This document shows positions 7,813 to 18,200 of a DNA stretch of 34,946 nt, piece after piece. Source of the stretch: a virus. Its lineage: Duplodnaviria > Caudoviricetes. The translations under genes were made by a program, and so were the position numbers. Position 1 is the first letter of the stretch. Each line of letters starts with the position of its first letter. The stretch lies in the IMG/VR virus record IMGVR_UViG_3300008255_000285, positions 1-34,946 of that record, one strand, 5' to 3'. The notes beneath the pieces were generated by a model. That model had not been told where the DNA came from. It was given only the letters and a program-made list of their open reading frames with translations, and searched no databases.

Positions 7813-8068
7813 CAAACCGATTACTACACCCGAACAAATACGTATAAATGAATTGTTTACTGCTCTTATGCAATCGCCTATGGGGCAGGAATTAAAGAAT
7901 TTATTGACCATAAGATTGGCTAAACAAGGTGTGTTTCAGCCGACTACCGACCCGATGGTTGATAAATGGAACCTTGGTCGACATAGTGTTTACCAAGAGT
8001 TAATACGCATGGCCGATGCCCCACTTAAACCACCCCAACCCGAGAAGGAGAACGACAATGGCCGATGA
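7805..8068 (+). CDS. Small head protein (Bbp19-like position)
   Basis: F..P.G..L..L and GRHSVYQEL pattern between portal and scaffold. Confidence 0.6.
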   Translation: MDNKPITTPEQIRINELFTALMQSPMGQELKNLLTIRLAKQGVFQPTTDPMVDKWNLGRHSVYQELIRMADAPLKPPQPEKENDNGR

Positions 8069-8849
8069 AAACTTGATGGACCTAGGAGCCGAAACCGATG
8101 ACCAAACACCAGCACCCGCAGAGGGGGGTACAACCCCCGAAGGACAGGACCCTGCCCCGCCTAGCGATGGCGGCGGTGATAAAGGCGAACCCGCTACTAG
8201 ACCTGAATTCATACCCGAGAAATTTTGGGACGCAGAAAAAGGCCAGCCTCGACTTGAAGAATTGACCAAATCTTATGGTGAAGCTGAAAAAGAATTGACC
8301 CGCTTGCGTAAGGGGGAAGAAGTCCCTGAAAATTATGATTTCCAAATCCCCGAAGAATTTAAGGACAAGCTGGAAGTAGACGCGGACGACCCGATGTTGT
8401 CTCAATTTAAAGAGTTTGCGAAAGAGAAGAAATGGGGCCAAGCCCGCGCCCAAGACGCGTTCGAATTTTTCATCAAACACGTTAACGGTTCGGCAATTGA
8501 AGCCCAAAAAGCGGAAATTGAAGCGTTAGGTGGAGAGAAACAAGCCATAGAAACTATCTCCCGAGTACGGACGTTCTTCAAAAACATGCTAACTCCCGAG
8601 GAGTATCAAGGTTTGCAGTCCACGGCGACCACTAAAGAAGCTGTTTTGGCCCTAGATGCAATTCGCAAGCGCATGTCGGTTCAGACCCCGCCACCCGAGG
8701 GTAAAACTACGGTTTCGGACGACTTGTCAGATGCGCAACTTCGTGCTATGATGTTAACAGAAGCTTATGAGAAAGAGAGTCATCCCGATCATCATAAGGT
8801 TCGCCAACAAGTGTCGGAAGGCTTTAAAAAGCTTTACCCGCCAAAATAG
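8058..8849 (+). CDS. Capsid assembly scaffolding protein (start MADEN)
   Basis: AAGGAG SD; RPEFIPEKFW..L.KSY.EAEK, PENYD and C-terminal HPDH..V motifs; acidic and helical. Confidence 0.88.
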   Translation: MADENLMDLGAETDDQTPAPAEGGTTPEGQDPAPPSDGGGDKGEPATRPEFIPEKFWDAEKGQPRLEELTKSYGEAEKELTRLRKGEEVPENYDFQIPEEFKDKLEVDADDPMLSQFKEFAKEKKWGQARAQDAFEFFIKHVNGSAIEAQKAEIEALGGEKQAIETISRVRTFFKNMLTPEEYQGLQSTATTKEAVLALDAIRKRMSVQTPPPEGKTTVSDDLSDAQLRAMMLTEAYEKESHPDHHKVRQQVSEGFKKLYPPK

Positions 8850-8937
8850 GGACAATCCACTCAAGGGACCCGCAAGGACAATCCCGCCTCTAGGACCCCA
8901 CGGACAGGGAAGGTCAGGACCCCGCAAGGGACAATCC
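8850..8937 (+). promoter_or_regulatory. Repeated structured leader upstream of the capsid gene
   Basis: Hairpins GGGA-C-CC-GCAA-GG-ACAA-TCCC (8865-8885) and GGA-C-CCC-GCAA-GGG-ACAA-TCC (8917-8937); a third GGACAATCC at 8850-8858. Confidence 0.55.
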
Positions 8938-8989
8938 AAGCAGAACGAGGCTTCAATCTTTAACTTTAAATCTGAAAGGAACTTGAGTA

Positions 8990-9826
8990 ATGTCTCAAAC
9001 TATTGACAACCATTATATCAAGCAGTACGAAGCAGAAGTCCATACCGCCTACCAGCGGAAAGGTTCTAAACTGCGTGGTACAGTCCGTACAGTCAACAAC
9101 GTTAAAGGTTCAACAGTACAGTTCCCGAAAGTGGGTCTGGGTGTGGCTGGAACGAAGTCCAAACATGGTACAGTTCCTGTCATGAATGCAGACCACAGTA
9201 CGGTAACTGCAACACTGGTGGACTATTACGCGGGTGATTGGGCTGACAAGCTTGACCTTCTAAAATCCAACACGCCTGAAAAGCAAATCATTAGTGATGC
9301 TGGTGCGTTTGCTCTGGGCCGTAAGACTGATGACCTTATTCTTACGGCAATGTCGGGGGCTACCAACTCTATCGTCGTGGGAACTACGGGCATGAGTGTT
9401 GCCAAACTTTTGGCAGGTATTTCCGAGTTGGGTGACCGTGACGTGCCTATTGACGACGGGATGCTTTTTGCCGCCGTTGGTATGCAAGAATGGACTGAAC
9501 TTCTGCAGGATGAAAAATTTGCTTCGGCGGATTATGTTCCTGAAAGCGAAATGCCGTTAGGCGGACGGGGCAAGCAAGCCAAATGGTTTGCGGGCGCTTA
9601 CGTTTTCCCGACTTCGCAAATCCAGCCAGACGGTTCAGACCACACCACAAACTATTTGTATCACAAAACTGCCGTGGGTCATGCCATCGGCGCGGACGTG
9701 ATGGCAGATATTACGTGGCACGGCGACCGCGCTTCTTGGTTCATCAATAACATGATGTCCCAAGCGGCTGTTCTCATCGATAACAATGGTGTGCAAAAAA
9801 TCATTGCAGACCGTAGTCCAGCGTAA
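8990..9826 (+). CDS. Major capsid protein
   Basis: Follows the scaffold; QYEAEVH.AYQ..GSKLR, ALGRKTDD.I and F.SADYV motifs of podoviral HK97-fold capsids. Confidence 0.9.
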   Translation: MSQTIDNHYIKQYEAEVHTAYQRKGSKLRGTVRTVNNVKGSTVQFPKVGLGVAGTKSKHGTVPVMNADHSTVTATLVDYYAGDWADKLDLLKSNTPEKQIISDAGAFALGRKTDDLILTAMSGATNSIVVGTTGMSVAKLLAGISELGDRDVPIDDGMLFAAVGMQEWTELLQDEKFASADYVPESEMPLGGRGKQAKWFAGAYVFPTSQIQPDGSDHTTNYLYHKTAVGHAIGADVMADITWHGDRASWFINNMMSQAAVLIDNNGVQKIIADRSPA

Positions 9827-9844
9827 GAAAGGGAGACTTAAATT

Positions 9845-10138
9845 ATGCCTTATGGTGATAACGGTTCCATTCTTCGCGCAACAAGTGAGTTGTCCCCTCT
9901 TGGTACTGCCCCTGGAAATGTTCCACAAAAATATTTCTACCAGACCAATGATGCAGACACTGTTGTGGAAACGAATGGCTACTTCGATGGAGTTCTAAAC
10001 AATGGACTGAAAGCAGGCGATATTATCGAAGCTTATTTGGACATTGATGGGACCCCCGAGTTGAAGTTTTATCGGGTAACAGGTACGGGGGCCGATGTCG
10101 GTCTCACCGTTCTTTTAAGTAAAGACAACGTAGTTTAA
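9845..10138 (+). CDS. Probable capsid decoration/cement protein
   Basis: 97 aa directly after the capsid gene and before a terminator; Y.T.D....V...GYF....GD.I pattern. Confidence 0.65.
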   Translation: MPYGDNGSILRATSELSPLGTAPGNVPQKYFYQTNDADTVVETNGYFDGVLNNGLKAGDIIEAYLDIDGTPELKFYRVTGTGADVGLTVLLSKDNVV

Positions 10139-10157
10139 CCCTAACCAAAATAAATCG

Positions 10158-10192
10158 CGGGGGTGGTCATTTATTTGGCCTCCCCCGTTTTT
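10158..10192 (+). terminator. Intrinsic terminator after the capsid genes
   Basis: CGGGGGTGGTCA...TGGCCTCCCCCG followed by TTTTT. Confidence 0.75.
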
Positions 10193-10205
10193 ATAGGAGA
10201 TTTTA

Positions 10206-10775
10206 ATGCCGACTACTACTGACACGCAATTAGCTTCTAACGCCTGTTTACTTCTAGGCGCGAATGACATTGATAGTTTTGCGGATGGGTCGGTAGAAGC
10301 CCAAGCGGCTAATGCTTTATATGAGCGTACTTTAAAGTCTTTGTTGTGTGAAAGACGGTGGAGTTTTTCCGTAAAAATATCCCAGTTGTCGCAATTAGTA
10401 GCGGAGCCTGAAAGTGACCGATATTCCAAAGCTTATCAGTTACCCCCTGATTTTCTCAAATTGTGGCGTTTAAACCCCGATTACATAAATTATGATTTGT
10501 ATGGTACATCTTACATATTTGCTGACTATGATGGGGCATTGTTTTGCGAGTATACGTTCCGCCCCGACACCCGGTATTTTCCCGATTATTTTTGTGAGTT
10601 GTTAGAAGCCCGATTGGCCGTAAAATTTTGCATGCCAATAACCGAAGATGAAAAGAAATTACAAACTATGATGGCCCTAGAAAAAGAAATCATGGTCAGA
10701 GCCAAAGCCGCCGATGCTCAACAGCGTAGAGGCGTAAAAATTAGACATTTTTCGTTGATTGATGTAAGGGGGTAA
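10206..10775 (+). CDS. Tail tubular protein A (T7 gp11-like adaptor)
   Basis: N.A.L.LG...I, W.F, YQLP.DFL and F..LL..RLA motifs; synteny. Confidence 0.85.
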   Translation: MPTTTDTQLASNACLLLGANDIDSFADGSVEAQAANALYERTLKSLLCERRWSFSVKISQLSQLVAEPESDRYSKAYQLPPDFLKLWRLNPDYINYDLYGTSYIFADYDGALFCEYTFRPDTRYFPDYFCELLEARLAVKFCMPITEDEKKLQTMMALEKEIMVRAKAADAQQRRGVKIRHFSLIDVRG

Positions 10776-10776
10776 T

Positions 10777-12702
10777 ATGGCCGTATTTAAACTCCCGCAA
10801 ACATCCTTTACTAGTGGTTCTATCGATTACGAACGCTTGCGCGGAAGACGGGATTTAAAACAGTATTACCAAGCGGCTTATGGGTTGCACAATGTACACA
10901 TCAATCCCCAAGGCGGGGTTTACCGCCGCGCGGGTACAAGGTATTTACATGATTACACCGATGATGCCCCCGCCCGCCTAGAGGTTTTTGAGTACAGTGA
11001 CGACATCCGCTATTTGTTAGTGTTTTATGCTGATAACATTGACGTTTGGGAAGATGGTATTTTGGCCCACACGATTACCACTACCGCTCTAACTGATGAT
11101 GAAATCGACAACATGGACAGCGTACAACAGGCGAATTCGTTTATTATTGTGGAAGAAAGTTTTCTTCCTAAAGAGTTGTCCCGTGGCGCGAATGTAACTA
11201 CTTGGACGTTAGCCCCTATAACCTTTACGCCTATCCCGCTTTATGGCTTCTCCTTAAGTACGTCCAACCCTGCCGCTACCTTAACCCCTTCGGCGGTGTC
11301 CAGTACCGTAACGCTGACCGCCTCGGCTAGTGCGTTCGCCGCTACAGACCTAGGGGGGTATGTGTCAGGCAACGGGGGCGAGGCTAGAATTACCAAGTAT
11401 ATTTCAGCCACTAAGGTGGAAGGTTTTGTTACGGTTCCATTTGTCGACACCACCGCCATACCGTCGGGACAGTGGGAGTTGGAAAATGGTTACGAGGATG
11501 CTTGGTCGGCTTCTCGTGGGTATCCTCGATGCGCTGTTTACCACGAAGACAGATTAGGGTTAGGTGGAACTCCTAGTTTGCCAGATGTAGTGTGGTTTTC
11601 GGCCATCGGGGACCCTTATAATATGGATAATACTCGGGCATTTGCGGACGACGCGTTAACATTTAGTCCTCGGTCGGATAAACTAGCAGACCTTCGGTAT
11701 ATGCTGTCTATTGATGATTTACTTTTATTCACGTCCGCGTCCGAACACTATGTAGATGGGGCTTTGACCGCCGAGTTGAATTTTCAGGTAAAACGGCAAG
11801 ATAAACGAGGAACACGCAAAAAATGTAAACCGTTGTTTGTAGACGGGGTAGCTTATTTCTTAGAACGTAAAGCTAACATTCTGCGGGAGTTTGCATACAA
11901 CGATGTGGATGCCAAATACATTGCGTTAAACACTAATCTTTTGGCTTCTCATGTGTTGAAGGGCCCCGTACATTGTGAACATCTTCCTCCTGCGGGAAAT
12001 AGAGATAGTGACAATATTTTTGTGTTGAATGCTGACGGCACATGGGCCGTGCTTAACACGTTGCGCAAACAAAACATTACAGGGTGGACGACTGGTTCTA
12101 GTCGGGAAGATAAATTATTAGACGTTAAGAATTTAGATGGTACACTTTATGCGTTATTTGAACGGTCAATCGATGGAAGCCCTAAGGTCTATTTAGAAGT
12201 ATTCGATGAAACCCTGACCATGGATTGTGTCAAAACTTATGACAGTACAGCTACGGACACCCTGACGGGGTACGACCATTTAGAAGGTGAAGAAGTGGGA
12301 ATTTTGGCGGACGGATATGTTCACGAAAATCGAACCGTAAGCGGAGGGGAAATTAATTTAGCCAGCGAATATTCCACAGTGTCGGTGGGGTTAAAGTTCA
12401 CACCTGTTATCCAGTTGTTGCCCCCTAATCGTGAGCAACCTGACGGTACTATGATAGCTGAAATCCAACGCGTGGTGAGTGTTTCGGTCGGTGTGTCTAA
12501 TACATTTGGCCTCAAAGTTAATGGCATCCCTGTGGATTTTTACACGGCGGGTACTCCGTTTTATGGGGTTACGCCCCAATTGTTCAGCGGGCGCAAGCGT
12601 GTTACACTAAGAGGTGTAGGAAGAGAACCTATAATTGAGATTTCACAGGACGAGCCGTTGCCATTTCACGTAACGGATGCCGCATTGGAGGTAAGAGTGT
12701 AA
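10777..12702 (+). CDS. Tail tubular protein B (T7 gp12-like nozzle)
   Basis: QTSFTSG, NV..PQGG.YRR.GT, W....GYP and RL..GG....P..VW.S motifs. Confidence 0.88.
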   Translation: MAVFKLPQTSFTSGSIDYERLRGRRDLKQYYQAAYGLHNVHINPQGGVYRRAGTRYLHDYTDDAPARLEVFEYSDDIRYLLVFYADNIDVWEDGILAHTITTTALTDDEIDNMDSVQQANSFIIVEESFLPKELSRGANVTTWTLAPITFTPIPLYGFSLSTSNPAATLTPSAVSSTVTLTASASAFAATDLGGYVSGNGGEARITKYISATKVEGFVTVPFVDTTAIPSGQWELENGYEDAWSASRGYPRCAVYHEDRLGLGGTPSLPDVVWFSAIGDPYNMDNTRAFADDALTFSPRSDKLADLRYMLSIDDLLLFTSASEHYVDGALTAELNFQVKRQDKRGTRKKCKPLFVDGVAYFLERKANILREFAYNDVDAKYIALNTNLLASHVLKGPVHCEHLPPAGNRDSDNIFVLNADGTWAVLNTLRKQNITGWTTGSSREDKLLDVKNLDGTLYALFERSIDGSPKVYLEVFDETLTMDCVKTYDSTATDTLTGYDHLEGEEVGILADGYVHENRTVSGGEINLASEYSTVSVGLKFTPVIQLLPPNREQPDGTMIAEIQRVVSVSVGVSNTFGLKVNGIPVDFYTAGTPFYGVTPQLFSGRKRVTLRGVGREPIIEISQDEPLPFHVTDAALEVRV

Positions 12703-13181
12703 TGGAAGCCGCATTGGTAGCAGGAACGTTATTTCAAGCGTATGGACAAATACAACAGGGTGCGGCCATGGCGGACCAATACAAAGCCGAAGCTGATTTT
12801 AAATTAGCCAAAGGCAAGAGTGCGGCGGCGCAAGAAACGGCGGCGGCGGCAGAGCGCACGGTAGACCGCCTTCGTAAATTACGTCAGGTGCGCGGTGGTA
12901 TTTTGGTCACAGGCGCGGGAACAGGCATTTCCACCACGTCAGGGGTCTTTGATAGTTTGTTGAATGATAGTGGGGGAGAGTTCGCCCGAGATTATGATAT
13001 CGATAAATACAACACATACAATAAAGCTTCGGCTCTTCGGGCAGGGGCCTCTTCGAGTGCGGCTATTTTACGCGCTCAAGCTTCTAGTTCTAGGCTAGGG
13101 GGATACATGAACGCGGCGGGGACTTTAATAAATTACGGTTCGGACGCGTACAACCGAGGCGTTTTTGAGAAAAAAGGGTAA
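12702..13181 (+). CDS. Internal virion protein (gp14-like)
   Basis: Ala/Gly-rich helical protein in the ejection-protein position. Confidence 0.7.
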   Translation: MEAALVAGTLFQAYGQIQQGAAMADQYKAEADFKLAKGKSAAAQETAAAAERTVDRLRKLRQVRGGILVTGAGTGISTTSGVFDSLLNDSGGEFARDYDIDKYNTYNKASALRAGASSSAAILRAQASSSRLGGYMNAAGTLINYGSDAYNRGVFEKKG

Positions 13182-13184
13182 ACA

Positions 13185-15272
13185 ATGGTACAAAGATACG
13201 AGAGTTCAGAACAGCTAGAAGTAGCCACCCCTAATCCCCAATCCGCAATTATTGGGACCTCGGGGCTGGATGCTACCATCAGGGGCTTAAATGCTTTTGT
13301 GGAGAAGACTTCTAATATTCTAGACCGTCGCACTATTGCTAAAGCTAAACGAGCGGGCGCGTTAGCGGGGCTACAGCCTGACTTTGCGCCTATGGATGGA
13401 AGCAGTTTATACGCCGAGGAGTTCAACAACGCGGGGGTGGAAACTTTTGTAAATAAATCAGTAGTGGATGCTTCTACCACCGTACACAAATTAGCAATGG
13501 ACCCCAAATTCGCGAGCGACCCTATCGCTTTACAAGAACAATTAGGCGACATCCGAACCGCGATTTTGGCCAATTTGCCACCCGATGCTGTCCCTCATGT
13601 GTCTTTGGCTTTCGACCGTAACGCCGCCCAAGCGATAAATAACTCACAAACTCGGGCTTTTGAAGAGCAAAAATCGGAGTTATCCGCCTCTTTTAAAGAC
13701 ATGGAAAAAGGGCTTTTCCGCGACTTGTCGGTAGCGGCCCGTAATGCCAATGTGGAAGCCGTAACGGGTTTTCAATCCCTTTATCTGGAACGTCTTCGCG
13801 CTCATGCACCCGTGTCCATGGGGGGAAATGGTGCTTTATCGGCGGACGAGTATTACACTAAAAAAGAAGCTATAAACCAAACGGTTAAAAGAGAGACTTT
13901 TATCGGGGATTTCATGCGGACCCCCGATGAGGATAAACCTCGTTTTATTGAAGAAATGGTGCAAAAGCTGTCTGCGGATACGCAAAGCGTGGACAATGTG
14001 TGGAAAGCAATGCTAAACCAAGAGAGCGGCGGCGACCACTATTGGGCTGACGGCACAGTAAAGGTTTCTTCGGATGGTGCTACGGGTATCGCTCAAGTAA
14101 TGGAGGGCACGGGGCCAGAAGCGGCGGCGTTGGCGGGCGTACCTTGGGACCGAAACAAATGGCAAAACGACCCCGCTTACAACGAAAAAATTGGAAGGGC
14201 TTATTTTGAAGAGCAATTGCGAACGTTTGGGGACGTGGAAAAAGCGTTAGCCGCATATAATGCAGGGCCTCACACTGTGCGCAAAGCGGAAGAGTACGCC
14301 GAACGCGCGGGGAAACCCGAAACTTGGAAACAGGCGATGACGCATTTTCAAAGCGACGATAATTTCAAGCAAACCCAAGACTATATACGCAACATCATGG
14401 CTAAATCGCAAGCGTCGGGGCATTTGTTTGCTTCTAGTGAGATTGATGAGTTGGTCCAACAAATGAATACTACGTATAACACTCATATTACTGCACAAAG
14501 TCGCGCCGATGAGCAAGCCGAAGAAGAGGGGAAGAGGTTGGCCCTCGAATTAGAAAAAAAATTTGTAGAAGACCCGTCCTTAGAAAATTATAACGCGCTT
14601 CTTGATAATTCATACGCGGATAGCCCGTTCCAATACCAACAGTATATGCAAAACGCCGTCACACAGTCAGACCCTGTAGCTATGCGTGATTTGTCGGACA
14701 AATTGGCGCGGGGACAATTGACTTATCAAGATATTTCGTTTATCGGAGAGGATGGTCAACCTCGTACTGATGTGCCCCGCCTCACTCAAAAAGACCGTAT
14801 GTATTTGGCTGAACAGCTTACTTTACAACAAAGTGGCGGCGGGTTTGAACAAACTCCTGTTTATGGAGAATTTTTGAAACGAGTGGACGAAGATTTCGCC
14901 GTTCTGTCCGAGTATGGGGGCAAAGTAGTAGATGAACAAGGTGAAGCTTTACGTAGACAGGTTTACGATTGGATGCGGGACCAATACCCCAAGTACCAGC
15001 GAGGGGAGGCCGAAATGCCAGACCCCATCAAGAAATACACATCGTTGTACAATCAGTGGAAATCTGCGCGGGGCGTAGCCGAAGCGGCTAAAACCACCGT
15101 AAATTCTTTAGGTAAGAAAGTAATTATTGACCAGAGATATATTGACAATCCGTCCTTGTATGAGTATGATAAGAAGAACGACCGTTTAAGTCCCGATTTA
15201 GACGACCCGTATGTTGAAAAAGCTATTGAAGACGCATACATAGCTAACCAGAGAGAGGCCACGAATGGATAA
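13185..15272 (+). CDS. Internal virion protein with lytic transglycosylase (SLT) domain
   Basis: QESGG, GATGIAQVM, ALAAYNAGP and QTQDY SLT motifs. Confidence 0.85.
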   Translation: MVQRYESSEQLEVATPNPQSAIIGTSGLDATIRGLNAFVEKTSNILDRRTIAKAKRAGALAGLQPDFAPMDGSSLYAEEFNNAGVETFVNKSVVDASTTVHKLAMDPKFASDPIALQEQLGDIRTAILANLPPDAVPHVSLAFDRNAAQAINNSQTRAFEEQKSELSASFKDMEKGLFRDLSVAARNANVEAVTGFQSLYLERLRAHAPVSMGGNGALSADEYYTKKEAINQTVKRETFIGDFMRTPDEDKPRFIEEMVQKLSADTQSVDNVWKAMLNQESGGDHYWADGTVKVSSDGATGIAQVMEGTGPEAAALAGVPWDRNKWQNDPAYNEKIGRAYFEEQLRTFGDVEKALAAYNAGPHTVRKAEEYAERAGKPETWKQAMTHFQSDDNFKQTQDYIRNIMAKSQASGHLFASSEIDELVQQMNTTYNTHITAQSRADEQAEEEGKRLALELEKKFVEDPSLENYNALLDNSYADSPFQYQQYMQNAVTQSDPVAMRDLSDKLARGQLTYQDISFIGEDGQPRTDVPRLTQKDRMYLAEQLTLQQSGGGFEQTPVYGEFLKRVDEDFAVLSEYGGKVVDEQGEALRRQVYDWMRDQYPKYQRGEAEMPDPIKKYTSLYNQWKSARGVAEAAKTTVNSLGKKVIIDQRYIDNPSLYEYDKKNDRLSPDLDDPYVEKAIEDAYIANQREATNG

Positions 15273-18200
15273 CGACACCCCCATCATGCAGAGGATAGCC
15301 CAGAGGATGGCAGAAGAGGGTATCACCCCCGCTTCGGGCACTGATATAGCGGCGACCCCTCCAGAACCCCAAGGAGAGGCTCCTCTGTCGCCAGAAATGA
15401 CCCATGTCGCACAGTCTCAACCCGTCCCGATTGAGTTCGAGATGGATGAAACCGTTCGTACGGACCTTGAGAAGAAAAAAGAAGACCCTCATGAGTTTAC
15501 TAAGACACTTTTAAAAAGTGTGGTGAACGGTACGACCAAATTTGGTCAGTCTTTGGCCCAATTAATGTTTGACGGTGTAAACGCCGTAGCGGGCACAGAA
15601 ATTAAAGCTGCTCCCGCCGCTCAACTGGCAAATGAATCTATTGGGGGTCGCCTTATTGAAGGGGGCGTACAGTTTGGTTTAGGTTACGTTTTCGGGGGCA
15701 AAGCCCTTGACGCAGTTAAATGGGCTAAATCGGGCAATAAACTCAATGATTTTGGCAGAGCCATGGCCCAAGGGGCCATTGGTGATTTTATTTCTTTCAC
15801 GGGCGAACAAGAACGTTTATCCAATACGTTGATTGAAATTGATAACCCTATCGTCAACAATGCGGTTACTCAATATCTCGCCGCCGACCCTGATGACGGG
15901 GACATCGAAGGACGTTTTAAAAATCTGCTAGAGGGGGCGGGATTGGGCGCGGGTGTCGAAGCCGTGTTCTGGGCGGCAAAAGGCTTAAACCACGCTAAAA
16001 AATCTTGGGCGCAGGGCGATGACAGTGCCGCTAAGAAATTTATTAAAGGAGCGCAAGAACAAGTCATGCAAGTTCTTGAGCGTAACGCGGATGCAGTGGG
16101 CAAAATTGACGCGAGTATAACCACGGTTACACCCCCCAAAGGCCTAAGGTTTAACGAGAATTTGGCCCCTAAAGTAAAAATTGATGAGGCTAAGCTTGGG
16201 GAAGTTAAAACCCAAATGAAGTTGTTCACCGAAGCCGCGAATTGGGATAAAGAGAACGCGTACAAATATTTAGATGAAGCCATCGGCGGGGTAGTAGACC
16301 GCAATACATTCGAGACTACGGATGACGTGGCGGCGGTAATGGACAGCCTTAATGATGTCACCGTGCCTGATTTTAAAAAGTGGACCCACGAAGAACAACG
16401 ACGCACCGCCGAAGTTTATGGCATGAGTGTGGGCCAATTAAAACACATGGTAGATCTCGGGGCTACGTCATCGAGAGCATTATTGGTCTCTAAATCTATG
16501 TTAGTGGACCAAGCTAATGTCATCGCCAAAGGCATTGGCGCGGGTATGAAAGACGAAGATTTGCTTGTCGAGATGGCGCGATACAAAGACTTTGCCGACT
16601 TGTTCATGTCGTTCAGAAATGAGTCGGGTCGCGTTTTGGACAGTAACCGCATGAAGGTCGCCATTTCCGAGGGGGACCGCGCTCTGATTGATGACTACAT
16701 TGAAGACCGTTTCGGTACAATAGCAGGGTTTGATAAATTTAAACGCGCTTTTGCCGCTACAGGTGGCGACATTAAAGAAGTCACCGCGTTGATGAAAACG
16801 AGCAAATGGGAAATCGCAGGTAACACGGGACTAGAAATTTGGAAAAATGCCCTACTGTCGGGATTGCGCACGTTTAATGTGAACTTTATAGGTTCCATGG
16901 CGAATTCTACTTTACAAATTCCTATTCGTTTCATGGAAGGCGCGGCACACCCCATTAACCGCGTTTTAGGCAAAGGAGCGGGGGAAAGTCGGGCTTACAT
17001 GGGTGAAGCGGCGGCGATGATGATGGCTGATGTTATGTCGTTTGGTGACATGGTGTACAGCGCGGCCAGATTAGCCAGTCGCCCTGTAGAAACGCTTAAA
17101 AACATGGAAGTTCCTAAGTCTCTGCGCAATAAAGCCGAGACAGGGCTTACTCGCAAATTTTCTTCGGATTATTGGGGTATGAACACAAAAGACGGCGCAG
17201 TTGGTCGGTTTGTGGAGAAGATGACGGGCGGTGCGCTCAAGAACGAACAAGTACAACGCACGATGGCGAAGGCGGTTGATGTCACAGGGTCTGTAATAAA
17301 TGCTCCAGGCACGGCCTTAAACATACAAGATGGGTTCGTCCAAAACCACGCCCGCCGCAAACAAAAATTTGCTTTGATTTACCGTAGAATGATGGATGAA
17401 AAAACGCCTATTGCCCAGATGGGGGATCGTTTCCACGAATTGTTGCGTGACCAAACATTCCAAGAAGAAATTGCTAAGGATTTAGATTTATTTGCTAAAC
17501 GCACAACGTTTCAGGAACCCACGGGTCAGATTACTCAAGCAGTTAGGAATTTCGCTAAACAGCGTATTACTCCGCTTCATATTCCTGCGTTTGAGTATTT
17601 ATTGCCGTTCATTGACACGCCTTCCAACATTATGAAACAAGGCTTAGGGGAAACTAACCCTATGATTGCTTTGGCGAACAAAGAGTTTTGGAGCAAGATG
17701 AGTGGGGCTAAAGGCGGGGTGGCGCGTGACGAAGCTTTGGGCCGTTATATGTTTGGTTCCTCGGTGGCGGGGTTCACCGCGTTTCAAGTGCTTAACGGTA
17801 ATATCACAGGCGGGGGGCCACCAGACCCTGACGCTAACCGTGCGTGGCGAGACGCGGGCAATCGTCCTTATTCGGTGCGTTTCCAAACAGGCGTGGACCA
17901 AAATGGTAACCCCATCTACGAAAGCTATGAGTACAACAAAATGGACCCTGTGGCTTTTATGATTGGTTCTATGGCCAACATGATTGAAGTACACCACTAC
18001 ACGTCCCTGATTAACGACCGTAGTGATAAAACTTGGGACGATTACGCGGGGGCCTATCTTGCTAAGATGAACGAAATGACGCTAGACAAGTCGTTCTTTA
18101 CAGGGGTTAACGACTTTATTTTAGCTATTTCTGATTGGGAACGATATGGGGCGCAATGGAAAAACCGTTTCGTGGCGGGTTTCGTACCTAACATATTCCG

